Shown: positions 12,920 to 27,380, counted from the first letter of the whole stretch. The stretch is DNA of 62,820 bases, filler included, from Chiloscyllium plagiosum (GCF_004010195.1; 3 parts of one record of this genome joined end to end with filler, not necessarily neighbours in it), one strand, 5' to 3'. Numbers and translations: made by a program. The notes: generated by a model not told the origin, from the letters alone.

Positions 12920-13370
12920 ACAGGAATGAAAACGGGAATATGCTGGAGAGACTCAACAGGTCTGGCAGCATCTATCTGTGGAGAGAAAGCAGAGTTAACA
13001 TTTTGGGTCTAGTGATTGATTATAGCTAGGAAAAGGTATATATGCTGAAAGTGGGGTTTGGGAGGGGGAGGAATAAATAATAGTTGGAGATGAAGCCCAG
13101 GGAGATAGAACAAGAAAGGAATGGGTAAAGGTCAGCCTGTGGGAAATCAATAGCTGCTAATTGGGGCCATTAGTAGCTGACAGTGGGATAATTTTGGTAG
13201 CAGTCCATGTGATGACAAGGCCTGGTGTGTGGGATTCAGGGTAAGGACATGGTTGTAAATGCTGAGACCCTAAAATTATTGAATGTGATACTGAGTTCCA
13301 AACACTGCATAGTCCACAAGCGAAAAATCAATGCTGTTCTTCCAGATTGCGCTGAACTTCTCTGAAGCAC
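12920..13370 (-). mobile_element. Old Penelope-like 3' end (GIY-YIG C-terminus plus pLTR)
   Basis: Minus strand reads RNLEEQH, followed by a purine/pyrimidine-skewed UTR and a pLTR related to family A. Confidence 0.55.
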
Positions 13371-14086
13371 TGAGTGTTAATCAACCAGATGCAAAGCACA
13401 AAACTACTGGGTCATTCAAGAACAGTGCTTAGTTTAAGCAGTACCTATTATCACTGTTCAAACGGCATTAACCTGCAGCGAGAGACTCTCTTGAAGTCAT
13501 TTTATGGTCATTATATATGTAATGATCTTTAATGTAAATCCCCAGCTCTTTAAAATTTAAAAAATAATTGTAGCTATATGTTAAACTAAAAAAAATGATG
13601 ACGTGCATTGATTGACAAGCATCTAGTTTAACTTCGTAAATTGCCTTCTTGCAATTTCAATGTAGTTCACTGCTGATCTTTCCCAATGGAATAAATGGAA
13701 GCAGAACTAGATTATTTGGCCCATCGATCCAGCTTTTTCAACCAAGTCATTTGTGGCTTTAACTCCCATTTTCCTGCCTACTCCCCATAGCCTTGAATTC
13801 CTGAGAGACCGAAATGACCTCCATTCCATTCTTAAATAATGGGAGTGCCCACAACGTTCTTGGGTAAAGAATTCCTATGATTCAGAACCCAATGAACAAA
13901 GCAATTTCTCACTTCTCAGTCCTAATTGATCGTCCCCTTGTCTTGGGACTGTGTCCCTGTGTTTCAAGTGTCCTGACCAGCAGAAACAATCTTGTAGCGT
14001 TGGCTCTCTCAATCTGCTTCATTGTTTTGTGTATTTAAATTACATCACCTTTTATTCAGCTAGACCTTAAAATCGACAGTATCGAT

Positions 14087-14300
14087 TTAGATCAGTTGGC
14101 TGGACAGCTTGTTTGTGATGCAGAATGATACCGCAGAACAGCAGCGTTCAATTCCTGCACCACATGAGGTTACCATGCAACATTCTCCTTCTCAACCTCT
14201 CTCCTCGTCTAAAGCAGGGTGACCCTCAGGTGAAACCACCACCAGTCATCTATAAGATGGGAGCAGTGCTATCATCAGATAGGACGATGACAGCTTTTAC
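14087..14300 (+). mobile_element. Probable third tRNA-derived SINE
   Basis: A-box-like tagatcagttgg and B-box-like gttcaattcc at tRNA-like spacing. Confidence 0.45.
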
Positions 14301-14598
14301 ATGCCCAACTTACTCAGCCTCAGCTTATACCATAGCCCCATCATCCCAGGTTTCAATCTAGTGAACTTTCCCAAGTCTTATCTCCCAAGTGTAAGTGTAT
14401 CCTTTCTCAGATATTGTGACATGAATTGCATCTAATATTCCAGATGTGGCCTCATCAAAAATCTCTGCGAATGTAACAAGACTGTTTTATTCCTGAAATA
14501 AAACAGAAGGTGCTAGAGGAATACAACAATTCTAGCATCATCTGTGGGAAGAAGAACAGAAATAGCATTTCAAAGCCAGTACATCGCTTCTTGTTTTT

Positions 14599-14912
14599 TT
14601 ACATTACATTATATTACAGTGTGGAAACAGGCCCTTCGGCCCAACAAGTCCACACCGACCCGCTGGAGCGAAACCCACCCATACCCCTACATTTACCCCT
14701 TACTAAATTTCCCATAGTGTTAGGTATGGCCAATTCACCTGACCCTGCACATCTTTAGACTGTGGGAGGAAACCGGAGTACCCGGAGGAAACCCACGCAG
14801 ACACGGGGAGAACGTGCAAACTCCACACAGTCAGTCGCCTGAGGCGGGAATTGAACCCGGGTCTCTGGCGCTGTGAGGCAGCAGTGCTAACCACTGTGCC
14901 ACCGTGCCGCCC
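14599..14912 (-). mobile_element. HE1-type V-SINE, young
   Basis: Near-identical to the copies at 21431 and 58124. Confidence 0.9.
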
Positions 14913-15469
14913 ACTATGTGTTCTTGAAACATTAACTCTGTTTCTTTCTCTACAGTTACTGCTGGACCTGCTGAGTATGTGCAGCATTTGTTTTTATTTC
15001 AGCTTTCCAGCATCTGCAGCATTTTGCTTTTATTTCCTTTATTCCTGTACTTCAGATCCCTTTGCAGTAAAATCTAATATGCCATTTGCCTTCCTAATTT
15101 CTATAATAAAAACAAAAGGGGCTGGAGAAACACAGCACATCTGGCATCATCTGCGGAGAGAAAAATACTTAATGTTTTCGAGCAGAATATGACTCATTTA
15201 CATGTTGATATTCCCGAACTCTAGATTTGCAATATCTAAAGAAACCATTTTTTTAGTTCTTCCAAGCATTCACCCTGCTTTCAAGATAGGATAGTTATTT
15301 AGGCTATGTTATGCTAATTAAAATGACTGCTATTTCTGAAAAAGGCACATTTTGTCAAAACTTTTTGTCGCTTTTTGGAGCAATTTGTAAGAAACTGTTT
15401 GTTTTGTGTCACACATGTAACATTTGTGCTGTACAAATACTGGGCAACGACCATCTCCAATAGGAGACA

Positions 15470-16190
15470 GTCTAACTACCACCCATGATATTCAATGACG
15501 TTACCACCACTGAAACTCCCACTATCAACATCATTGGAGTTACCATTGACCAGAAACTCAACTGGACTCAGCACATAAATACAATAGCTAAAAGAGCAGA
15601 TCAGAGCCTGGGAATGCTGCAGCGAGTAACTCACCTCCTGCCTTCCCAAAGCATGTTCATCATCTACAAGGCACAGGTCAGGAATACAATGGAATACTCT
15701 CAATTGCTTGGATGAGTGCAGTTTCAACAATGCTTAAGAAGCTTGACATCATCCATAACAAAATAGCTGTTTGATTGGCACCACATCTATAAGCATCCAC
15801 TCCCTCCACCATTGATGCTCTGTAGCAGCAGTGCATGCTCTCTGCAAGATGCACTGCAGAAATACACTTGAGATCCTTAGACAGCACCTTTAAAGCCATG
15901 ACCACTTCCAACTGGAAGGACAAGAACAGCAGCTATATGGGAACATCACGAACTGCAAGTTTCCATCCAAGCCACTCGCCATCCTGACTTGGAAATATAC
16001 CACTGTTCCTTCACTGGTGCTAGGTCAAAGTCCTGGAATTCCTAACCCAAGGGAATTGTGGGTCAAACTACAGCATGTGGATGACAGCATTTCAAGAAGG
16101 CAGCTCAATACCACCTTTTCAAGTGCAACCAGGACTAGGCAATACAATACTGGCCAACCAATGATGCCCATGTCATGTAAATGAGCAAAA
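15470..16190 (+). mobile_element. L2/CR1-group LINE 3' fragment
   Basis: GVTIDQKLNWTQHINT...IYKAQVRNTMEYS; its tail is shared with the SINEs at 6826 and 49746. Confidence 0.75.
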
Positions 16191-16711
16191 ACACAAATTC
16201 TGTTCTGCCAAATGATTTCTGTATTGTTGACAAATGTTAAAGTAAACAGCTACAACTGCATGATCTATCACAGATTGTTTGCATGTTATATTACCAAGCT
16301 AAATTTAATACCATTTCACTATATCTCCAGGATTGTTTCACAAATGTATGTACAAATTTGTCTGCTTGAACCTTGAACACACTACTTTATCTGTTTAGTT
16401 ATACAGAATGTAAATTCTAAAGTGCATGTCATGGACAACTGCCAAGTGTGTCCTCAGAATTGTCCCTGAACTAAAACTTTGTTTATGCTCATGTGTACTC
16501 CTGGTTTCAATTATTGAGTGTTTGAATTTAAAAATAACCAATAGCAGTTTTATGACTTGAAATAGTAGTTTAATTTATTTCATAACTATTGATGAAAGTT
16601 ATTTAAGTAGAAAGTGGTTAAGTTTAATAGTTTAAAGTTAAAATAAAGAAATAAAGATTTAAAGTAACTACATTTAGATGTTGGCTATGAAGATGAAAAT
16701 GAGGCACTTCA

Positions 16712-16940
16712 ATAGAACATAGAACATTACAGTGCAGTACAAGCACTTCGCCCCTCAACGTTGCACCGACCTGTGAAACCAATCTGAAGCCCATCTAACC
16801 TACACTACCCTATTCTCATCCATATGCCTAGCTAATGATCATTTAAATGCCCTTAAAGTTGACTAGTCTACTGTTGCAGGCAGTGCATTGCATTGCCCTA
16901 CTACTCTCTGGTAAAGAAACTACCTCTGACGTCTGTCCTA
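16712..16940 (-). mobile_element. CR1 LINE 3' end
   Basis: (ttctatg)n tail and CR1 3' UTR on minus. Confidence 0.7.
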
Positions 16941-18370
16941 TAGATAGATGGGTGACAGTGAGGGGGACTGGGAGGAAGCAGCCAGTGCAGGGACCCCCTG
17001 CGGCCATTCCCCTCAAGAACAAGTATACCGTTTTGGATACTTGTGGGGGGGATGCCTTACCAGGGGTAAGTAACGGGGCTCAGGTCTCTGGCACGGAGCC
17101 TGTCCCCGTTACTCAGAAGGGAAGGGTGAAGAAGAGCAGAGCAGTAGTAATTGGGGACTCGATAGTTAGGGGCACAGATAGGCGGTTTTGTGGGAACGAG
17201 AGAGACTCACGTTTGGTATGTTGACCCCCAGGTGCAAGGGTATGTGATGTCTCTGATCGTGTTTTCCGGGTCCTGAAGGGGGAGGGGGAGCAGCCCGAAG
17301 TCGTGGTCCACATTGGCACCAACGACATAGGTAGGAGGAGTGCCGAGGATGTTAGACAGGCTTTCAGGGAGCTAGGTTGGAAGCTCAGAGTTAGAACGAA
17401 CAGAGTTGTTGTCTCTGGTTTGTTACCCGTGCCACGTGACAGAGATTCGAGGAATAGGGAAAGAGAACACTTAAATGCGTGGCTACAGGGATGGTGCAGG
17501 AGGGAGGGATTCCGGTATTTGGATAACTGGGGTTCTTTCTGGGGAAGGTGGGACCTCTATAAACAGGATGGTCTACACCTGAAACTGAGGGGCACCAGTA
17601 TCCTTGGGGGGAGGTTCGCTAGTGCTCTTCGGGGGGGTTTAAACTAACTCTGCAGGGACATGGGAACCCAGATTGTAGCTTCAGGGTGCAGGATCTGGAG
17701 TGTAGGGAGGTTAGGAACATGGCATAAATTTCAAAGGAGGGTGCCTGTAAACAGGAAAGTGGCTTGAAGTGTGTATACTTCAATGCAAGAAGTATACGAA
17801 ATAAGGTAGGTGAACTTGCAGCGTGGGTTGGTACCTGGGACTTCGATGTTGTGGCTATTACGGAGACATGACTAGAACAGGGACAGGATTGGCTGTGGCA
17901 GGTTCCAGGATTTAAATGTTGTGGGGGGGGCGGAGGTGGGGGTAAAAGAGGGGGAGGTATGACATTGCTTGTCAAAGATAGTATTACAGCGGTGGAAAGG
18001 ACGATGGATGAGGACGTGCCATCTGAGGTAGTTTGGGCTGAGGTTAGGAACAGGAAAGGTGAGGNNNNNNNNNNNNNNNNNNNNNNNNNNNNNNNNNNNN
18101 NNNNNNNNTTAATTAATTAANNNNNNNNNNNNNNNNNNNNNNNNNNNNNNNNNNNNNNNNNNNNAGATGTTAGGGTTAGGTTCTTTACTCAGCGAGTCGT
18201 GTGTTCATGGAATGCCCTGCCAGTAGCAGTGGTGAACTCTCCCTCATTATGGGCATTTAAGCGGGCATTGGATAGGCATATGGAGGATAGTGGGCTAGTG
18301 TAGGTTAGGTGGGCTTGGATCGGCGCAACATCGAGGGCTGAAGGGCCTGTACTGTGCTATATTCTTCTAT
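16941..18370 (+). mobile_element. CR1 LINE: ORF1 SGNH esterase, start of APE endonuclease, gap, 3' end
   Basis: GDS, PPGA, GTND and DGLH blocks (one TGA at 17222-17224); LKCVYFNARSIRNK...VVAITET; CR1 tail after the gap. Confidence 0.92.
18065..18164. other. Artificial scaffold linker N44-TTAATTAATTAA-N44
   Basis: Exactly 100 bp, all-frame stop motif; identical construct at 42294-42393. Confidence 0.92.
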
Positions 18371-20711
18371 AACATTCTCAGATCTCAATTTCAGATTTAA
18401 TTTTAATAATTGACAGGTACCAATTTTTATTCCAGGGTTGCGAGTGCAGAAATGCTACATTTCCCTGCAATATAATCTGAAACCAGTAAAAGGTACCAAG
18501 GAAAGCTAGATTTTTGTCTCAAAGCAGCAGAGATCCATGGGATGTAAGCTGGGCAACCAAGAATGGAAGCTGCAGATGCAAGTGGGTGCAAGTCCTGCCT
18601 CCCAGCACTGGTGCTGTACTGCAGTTTAATAAGTAAACTAAAAAATATTACTCTGGCCCATACCCCAAAATGTCTTACTCCATCCCATAGATCACACATC
18701 CTATCAATGATAACCCATGCCAGTTCATTACATCAATACCATGCCATGGATATCAAACATCCCCTGCCACTAATGTCCTTTACCCAAACTCTATGGCCCC
18801 TCATAACCATATAGCCCTTTACCCATCCCTAAAGTCACCTGAAACCTCCTCTGACAATCTGCGGCCTTGTGCACATCACCCTGGCCCTTTTAGCCCCTCT
18901 GCCAACTCAATTCCAACTCATGAAACCCATAGCTGAGCATGTCAATGTATCCACCATGGGCAAACCTCAGGAGCCATGCAGAAATAAGATAAAGGTATAC
19001 ATCTATTTATGAAGCCATGATTAGTAACATAGACTTAAAAAAATTCAAATTGTTGAAATTTTTTCAATTAACCTCTAATGAAATTAAACAGCTTTTGTCA
19101 GAGTCGTTGACAGCTTTGATGCATTTTTGGCAGCTTTGACAATCACAATGGGCTTATCCACTTTTTACGCACATGCTTGTGTACTTTTCGTGAATCCCAA
19201 ATGGCAAATTACCACTGTCATCAAGGTGTGCTGGGACTATATCCGCAGTGATATTGCACCTCTCCAAAGTGGTAGCCTGACAGTCCAAATCAATTCACTG
19301 AAGCAGAATCAAAGAATGATTAAGTGCGTAAGAGGCCCTTTGTCCCATTGAGTTCTGTACCATGAAAACTGCACCACTGCCTATATGTGTCCCATTTTCC
19401 CACACTAGGCCTTGACTGTTGTGACAATTCAATGCTCATTCAAGTGATTATTAAAGTTTGTGAGGTTTCCCACCTCAAGTAATCTCCCAGTCAGTGTATT
19501 CCAGACTACTGTGGATGAAAAATGTTTTCCTCAAATTCCCACTAAAACCTCATGCCTTTCACTTTAAAATTATGTTGTCTTGTTATTGATCCTTCAACTA
19601 AGGGGAACAGCTGTTTTCTATTCACCCTGCCTACGTCTCTCATAATCTGTCAGTTTCCCCCGAACCTTCTCTGCTCCAAAGAAAACAACCCAAGCTTTTC
19701 CAGAATATTGTGAAAAAAGATCACTGGACCCAAAATGTCAATTCTACTTTGTCTCCAGAAATGCTGCCAACCCTGTTGAGTTTTTATAACCATTTCTGTT
19801 TTTTAATTTCCCGGACTGCAGTTACTTGTTTTTGCCCCAAACTTATCCAGCCTCCGTTCATAGCTGAAATGCTCCAACCCAAATAGCATCCTGGTGAATC
19901 TCCTTTGTACCCCTCCAATGCAATCACATCCTTTTTCCGGCATGGTGACCAGAATTATGCACAATAGTCCAGCAGTGGTCTAAACAAAGTTCCGTACCGC
20001 TCCAACATAATCTCCCTCATCTTATAGTCCTTGCCACATCTGATAAAGACGTGCACCCATATGCCTTCTTAACCACCTGTCCTGCCACCTTCAAGGTCCT
20101 GCTTCTTAATCTATGACCTAGCTCCTTGAATTGTTGGGGCATGGCTTTACCTTTCATCCTATAAATTTCATTGGTACCAATGTGTACCTTGACCACTGCC
20201 TAATCACATCCCCACATGCTCTGACTCCCAGGTTAACGGGCCCAATTTTTTAGCTGTAAAGTTTGTACACTCACAACTCTGTGCACCGCCCCCACAGGCT
20301 CTGACACTCAGTTAAGTGGGCTAGAACTCATTGATCCATATACCTTCCCCACAAGTTTCATAGCTGTTTCAGGTCCCCAGGAAATGTTCTAACCACATTC
20401 CAAGTTCCTGGCAGAGGACAATTCAAGATTGGAATTCAGTGGCCAGCTGTCTTGAGGAAATGTGCATGTATGAAGCCCAGAACTTCCCTAAACCCAGCCC
20501 ACATAAATGGAAAATGATCTGTGTAGGGATTTTTGGCAGGACAGAGGCTTTCTTTCACGGCTCATTGCAAGAGCATCAACTGCATTTTCCCACACATTGA
20601 ACTTAGAATCATTGAATTCCTACAGTATGGAAGCAGACCATTCAACCCATTGAGTACTCACAGACCCTCCAAAGAGCATCCCAGTGTCTAATCAAACTAT
20701 TCACATTCCTG

Positions 20712-21015
20712 GAGTCAAAGAGTGTGGTGCTGGAAAAGCACAGCTGGTCATGCAGCATCCAAGGAGCATGACATTTCAGACACAAGCCCTTCATCAGAAA
20801 TGAGGCTTGTGGATCAAGGGGGCTGAGATAAATGTCGGGGGGGAAGCTGGGGGTACAGTAGCTGGTAATGCGATAGGTAGATGAAGATGGGGGTGAAAGT
20901 GATAGGTCGGAGAGGAGGGTGCAGCAGACAGATAGAAAGGAGGATGGACAGGTAGGATCGTTTAAGATCGGTGGCAAGTTGGGAGGTTGGAACTGGGATG
21001 AGGTGGGAGGAGGGA
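20712..21015 (-). mobile_element. Penelope-like family A 3' UTR/pLTR fragment
   Basis: Homologous to 42500-42740 in reverse; degenerate hammerhead. Confidence 0.65.
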
Positions 21016-21430
21016 CTCTATCAGCAATTTAACATTGCACATCTTTGGACTATGTTTGGAAACCAGTGAACCTGAAAGAAACCAATGCACACACGGGGAG
21101 AATGTGCAAACTCAAAACAGATAAAAGCCTGAGGGTGGAATTGAACCTGGGTCCCTGGTACTGTGAGGCAGTGGTGCTAACCACTTGAGTCACTGTGCCA
21201 CCCATTATGCAAGTTTAATCTAGATAATCCATAATAATTTGCAATGAATTCATTATCCCTGTGACAGGTTTTTATGGCTTCTGGTTAGCTAAGAATTCCT
21301 TTGTTTCTCGATTTAACACTTCTCTCAGCTTTACAATGTCCCTCTCCCTTCAGCTACTTGCATCTTCCCTCTCCTCCAAATCCCTCTTGCAGCATCCTCC
21401 TTTTCAAACCATACTGATCACTTGCAGCTT

Positions 21431-21742
21431 TTAGATTAGATTACATTACAGTGTGGAAACAGGCCCTTCGGCCCAACAAGTCCACACCGCCCGCCGAAGC
21501 GCAACCCACCCATACCCCTACATTTACCCCTTATCTAACACTACGGGCAATTTAGCATGGCCAATTCACCTGACCTGCACATCTTTGGACAGTGGGAGGA
21601 AACCGGAGCACCCGGAGGAAACCCACGCAGACACGGGGAGAATGTGCAAACTTCACACAGTCAGTCGCCTGAGTCAGGAATTGAACCCGGGTCTCTGGCG
21701 CTGTGAGGCAGCAGTGCTAACCACTGTGCCACCGTGCCGCCC
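21431..21742 (-). mobile_element. HE1-type V-SINE, young (older partial copies at 21023-21203 and 21853-22055)
   Basis: Full head, V domain and (taatc)n tail. Confidence 0.9.
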
Positions 21743-22494
21743 AAGTAGCTTCTGCTACTTCCCCATTCTTCTTAAAACTTTCTATTCTTCCCACCCCTGC
21801 TTGTAGCTTCCATGTCTTCCCAGCTCCTTGCAGCTTCCTCATCACTCTACACATGCGCAGGTTAGGTGGACTGGCCATGGTAAGTTTTCCGTAGTGTCCA
21901 AGTATGTGCAAGCTAGCTGGGTTGGCCATAATAAAATGTGGGGTTACTGGAATAGGGTAGGGGTCAGGGTCAGGGTGTGGGTGGGATACTGTTTGGAAGG
22001 TTGCTGCAAACTCTAATGGGTTAATGGCCTCTTTCCACACCTTAAGGATTCTATGAGTTGATGATTCATCACCTCCATCCATCTTGTAGTCACCTCCTTC
22101 AACAACCGCTTCAGATACCTCTTCAACACTTTGATTCTTCAGCTAAAGATTGCCCCTGGCAAAAGGCACATATCCAGCTCTCAGAAAAGGCACAGTCCAT
22201 GATAAAAGGCAGCTTCAGCTATACCAACGACTCCCTCATTGGCACGACTTACTAACTGTTCCTCCAACCACAGTCTGTTTCTCTCACATGTTTGCTGATT
22301 TTAGGCTCACTAGTGAGCCTGTCAGCACCATATACAGGAGAGAACCTACCGGTCATTGGAAGACGACTTAGAGATTCTTTGCAGGGACACCTGTGCTCTG
22401 ATTGGTCACTACTATAATTTAGTTTTCCCAGGCATTTTGGTACCTTCTGGGGTCAAATTCATTGCCTATCCAAGTGTCACCCAACAGCCTCATT

Positions 22495-24065
22495 GTTGGG
22501 TAGGGTAAAGGATATTAAGGTGGACAAATCCCCAGGACCGGATGGGATCTATCCTAGGTTGCATAGGAAGGTGAGAGAGGAAATATCTAGGGCCCTGACT
22601 GATATCTTTGTAGCATTCTTAAACACAGGTGAAGTGCCAGAGTACTGGAGGGTTGCTCATGTTTTCCCCCGTACAAGAAGGATGGTAGGGATATTCCAGG
22701 TAACTACAGACCAGTGAGCCTGATGTCAGTGGTAGGAAAGCTGCTGGAGAAGGTACTGAGGGATAAAATCTACTTATATTTGGAAAAGAATGGGCTTATC
22801 AGTGATAGGTAACATGGTTTTGTGCGGGGGAGGTTGTGCCTTAGTGACCAAGTTGATAGATGAAGGAAGGACTGTAGATGATAAATACATGGACTTTAGT
22901 AAGGTGTTTGATAAGGTTCCCCATGGTAAACCAATGGAGCAAATGAAGTCACATGGTGTGCATGGTGTTCTAGCTAGGTAGATAAAGAACTGGTTGAGCA
23001 ACAGGAGACAGAGAGTAGTAGTTGAAGGGAGTTTCTCAAAATGGAGAAAGGTGATCAGTGGTTTTCCACAGGGATCAGTGATGGGGCTACTGTTGTTTGT
23101 GATAGACAGAAATGATTTGGAAGAGGGCATAGTTGGTCTGATCAGGAGGTTTGCAGATGACACAAAGATTGGTGGAGTAGCAGAAAGTAGAGGGGACTGT
23201 CAAAGAATACAGGTGAATATAGATAGACTAGACAGTTGGGCCGAGAAGTGGCAGGTGGGGTTCAGTCCAGGCAAATGTGAGGTGATGTATTTTGGGAAGT
23301 CTAATTGTAGAGCGAACTATACTGTAAACAGAAAAGCCTTGGGAAATGTTGATGAGCAGAGAGATCTGGGAGCTCAGGTCCATTATACCCTGAAGTTGGC
23401 TGCTGAGCTGGATAGAGTGGTCAAGAAGGCATATGATATGCTCGCCTTCATCCGATGAGGTATTGAGTATAAGAGTTGGCAGGTCATGTTAAAATTGTAC
23501 AAGACATTGGTTCGGCCGCATTTAGAATACTGTGTACAGTTCTGGTCACCACATTACCAAATGGATGTGGACGCTTTGGAGAGGGTGCAGAGAATGTTTC
23601 TGAAGATGTTGCCTGGTATGGAAGGTACTAGCTATGAAGAGAGGTTGACTAGGTCAGGATTGTTTTCATTAGAAAAAAGGAGATTGAGGGGGGACTTGAT
23701 TGAGGTTTATAAAATCATGAAGGGTACAGACAGGTTGGATAGACATAAGGTTTTTCCCAGAATGAGGGATTCAATAACGAGAGATCATGCGGTCAGGGTG
23801 AGAGGTGAAAAGTTTAAGGGGGATACATGTGGAAAATACTTTACACAAAAGGTGGTAGGTACCTGGAATGTGTTGCCAGCAGAGGTAGTAGAGGCAGGCA
23901 CGGTAAATTCATTTAAGGTGTGTCTGGACAGATGCATGAGTAGGTGGGGAGCAGAGGGATACAGATGCTTAAGAATTGGGCAATAGGTTTAGACAATGGA
24001 TTTGGATCGGCTCAGGCTTGGAGCGCTGAAAGGCCTGTTCCTAGGCTGTAAATTTTCTTTGTTCT
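22495..24065 (+). mobile_element. 5'-truncated CR1 LINE, RT domain to tail
   Basis: KSPGPDGIYPR, MDFSKVFDKVPH, GFPQGSV, FADDTK, LVRPHLEYCVQFWSP. Confidence 0.93.
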
Positions 24066-24226
24066 TCTCCTTTGTTCTCATCTGTATTGCACCTCTATTG
24101 CAGCCTACATTAACTCCTCTGTAGTGATTCAAACCAGTTGGATTTTATTGGCTATGAGATCCTTGATTGGGGTTGTTAACTTGGGCTAATCTCTAAGCCC
24201 TGGATAGCCAATATAAACAAGGAATT

Positions 24227-24465
24227 GGGTCTATGTTCTATGCACTGTTTCTTATTTAATTGCACTGTCTTGTTTGTGTTTGTTACTGTTACCTTTGACT
24301 GAAAGTGGGACTTTTGAGGTTTGACCTCATTTCCCTGAAAACTGGTTGTACAGTGGGGTTTGGGGTTTTGCTTTGCTGCCCCTTCCCCTGTATGTTGTGG
24401 GTTTTTTATGAACTGCTGTTTTCTGTATATTGTCAATTGTATTTTATACTGTTTAATAAAATTTT
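24227..24465 (+). mobile_element. Non-LTR 3' end inserted at the TATA box of the 5' LTR
   Basis: TSD aaacaaggaatt (24215-24226) and aaacatggaatt (24469-24480); homologous to 28620-28855 and to 51200-51450 (minus). Confidence 0.75.
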
Positions 24466-26988
24466 AAAAAACATGGAATTAAGAATCTCCTCACCTCAGG
24501 GACTGATCCTAAGCTGACTGGCCATGCACAGTCAATATGTAGCTAAGAGTATGACTTTTGTTCTGGTCTCCTATGTGAAATAGTTGGTGCAGTTACCAGT
24601 GATGGTGGTAACAGGTTCAAGTGGAAGCTTTTGAGGAGCAGAATGGTTGAGAAAGATTCACCTTGATTGGTCCAACATTTTTCAATTAGAAAATGGCTGT
24701 GTCAGTGAAGTCCTAACGAAATGCCCAGGAAGTTTTCAGGAAGTGCTCGGGAGTATCAAAGGGGCCAAAGCCACTGTAAATGTTGACCAGGGAACAATTC
24801 TGCAATTTTGCAAGGCCCACCCAGTGCCATTTGCCTTGCAGGCAGAAGTAGAGGTAGAAATCAAGAGGCTGGAAGGCGAAGGAATCATTAAACCAGTGCA
24901 ACTTGTGGAATAGGCAGCACTGGTCAGAGTGATTGCGCAGCCTGACAGCTCAGTTCACCTTTGTGGAAATTTTAAGCAAACGGTAAACTGCTTCTCACAG
25001 CTGGATAAATGCACAATCTCTTGCATAGAGGACTTATATGCAAAGCTGGCTGCGGTGTGGGGGTGAGGGGAGTTCTGTCCTTCACAAAGCTGGAAATGAG
25101 CCATGCATACCTGCTATTGCAGTTAGGTGAGGACTCCCAGAAGTAAGCCACAATTACTGACCATAAGTGTTTGTGCCAATGTATGAGATTACCAGTGAAC
25201 CATGGAGAACATTTTACAAACTCTGCCCCAGGTTTCTATTTATCTGGTTATGAGGTAATAAACGGAAGACCAATAAAGAGCATTTGGAGAACTTGGACAT
25301 AGTGCTTAAATGGTTCTCCCGGACAGGCTTGTACTGTAGAAGGGAAACATATATGTTCCACTTGGATTAAAGAGTCAACAAAACAAGGTTACACCCATTG
25401 GAAGGTGATCAAAGGTGCCTTGGCTCCCACCTCTGAACTGGCAGTTAGTTCTTTCCTTGAGTTAGTGAATCATTGCGTGAAATTCATAGATAACCTGGCC
25501 TCCATCTTAATACCCTTACCCCTGTTATTGAAAAAGGGTCATCCTTGGAAATGGTTGCATAGTCAAGAACTAGTGTTTAGAGACAAAAGCAGCTATTGTC
25601 AGCTAAGGTGTTGGCCCACTACATTCTGAAGCGAGATGTGGTCTTGAAACGCCATGCCTCCCCGTGTGATACTGGCTAGTGTTGGATCACCGGTGGCCCG
25701 ACAGAGAGGAATGCCCAACAGCATATGTTTCCTAAAAACAAATACACCTAGATAGAGAAGAAAGGTTTGGTGGTCATCTTTGGTATGAAAACTTTCCACC
25801 GTTACCTTTATGGACATGTATTTGTATTAATGGAACACAAATCCCTACTAGGGCTACTGAAGGAAGTCAAGGTGATACCTTCCATAGCTTCTGATCAAAT
25901 TCAGCAGAGGGCCCTTATCTTCAGTGCGTTCAATGAGAAGTTGGAATGTTATCCAGGAAACCAAGTGGCTAATGCAGATGCCTTGAGCCACTTCCCACTG
26001 GCAGATATTCCACTGGTAGTGCCTCCCCTGGAAGAGTCCATTCTCGTTTTAAACTTTCTGGATATCCTTCTGTTCGCCACTACCAATATCTGACTGTGGA
26101 CACAAGATGTCCCAGTCCTGGCAAAACTAAAACAGCTGGGGAAACAGAAGGGCCATCACAAACAGGATTGAAATATTTCTGGTCCCAGAAAGACCAATCA
26201 CCGTAGAGGACAGACTAAAACTATGGTGAGCAAGAGTGATTGTCCCGAGTAAAGGTTGCTGCCAGATAATGGCTGAACCCCAGCAGGTTCATCCAGAGGT
26301 TTCCAAAATGAAGATGTTGGCAATACATGGATTGGATGCCAACATAGCTGCATTGGTGAGCAGGCTGAAATAGTAAAAGGAATTTCAATGCCAGCCACAT
26401 ACCCTCTCTACATATGACAGACAGTTTACTTCAGGGGACGAAGTTTGGTGCCGGAACCATGGAAATGGCTCTGCATGGGTATGAAGCGAGGTCAGGTCCT
26501 GTGCCATACACAGTTCAGGTGGTGAGGCAGTCCTGAACAAAAGTGGATCACTTTAAGCTGCTACCTCACAAATGGTGCAGGAGCAAAACATACCTGGCCC
26601 CTCAAAACAGCCAGAAGACCTGCTAAAAACCATGGGATCTCCCCCTTCGTCTGAAGTTGAGGGAACTTTGAACCTGAGATGGATGTGGCATTGATGCTTT
26701 TACCTCGGATAGAAGAGGAGGAAACTTTCTTGAGATGTTCCAGACACAAGAGAGGGGCTATGGTCCAGTACATGCTGCCCATGTCTGAGTCTGAGTCAGA
26801 GGAACCAGACCTGGGGCAAAATCATCCCAGCCGAAGCTACCAGAGACAGACAAGGCCTACATCCCCTGACTTGGGGAGGTGGGTTGTAGTTATTAGAGTT
26901 AGGTGGATCTTATTGACTATGAGATTTTTGATTGGGTTTATTAACCTGGCTAATCAGGGAGCCCTTGCTGAGAGATATAAACAGGGGA

Positions 26989-27310
26989 GAGGTGGGCGCC
27001 GCAGGGTGTGGAGTGCATTATTTCTCCCTCCAACTCTATTTTGATTTAGTCCCTACCCTCCCCTTCACTGTTTTGATCACACAGCACTGCCCTTTGATGT
27101 GAAGGGCAGTGTTTGTCACTGGCCACCCGGGTGTTTTCCTATCTTCCTGGTAGTGGAATTTGAATAAAGATTCGTGCACTTTGTGTCTTTCACTGTGTCT
27201 CACACCTGCACACACACACCATGGGTGCTGGGGAAAAAATAAGCACTACCGCACTTAGGTAAAAAAAAAGGGAAGTGTTCTGCACACAAAGAAAAAAAAT
27301 AAAAAATAAA
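26989..27310 (+). mobile_element. Tx1/L1-clade LINE 3' end inserted at the TATA box of the 3' LTR
   Basis: TSD ataaacagggga at 26977-26988 and 27311-27322. ERWAPQGVECIISPSNSILI* resembles Tx1 ORF2 C-termini; AATAAA and A-rich tail. Confidence 0.75.
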
Positions 27311-27380
27311 ATAAACAGGGGATCCAGAATTCCCTCACTTCAGGGACTGACTCTGAGCTGGTTGGCCACAGCCAGTGTGT

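Noticed and set aside
14703..15192. Recurring peptides such as CGRKPEHPEETHADTGR
   Set aside because: Translations of HE1 SINE copies, not genes.
18109..18120. TTAATTAATTAA palindrome as a biological motif
   Set aside because: Centred in symmetric N runs twice; a scaffolding spacer.
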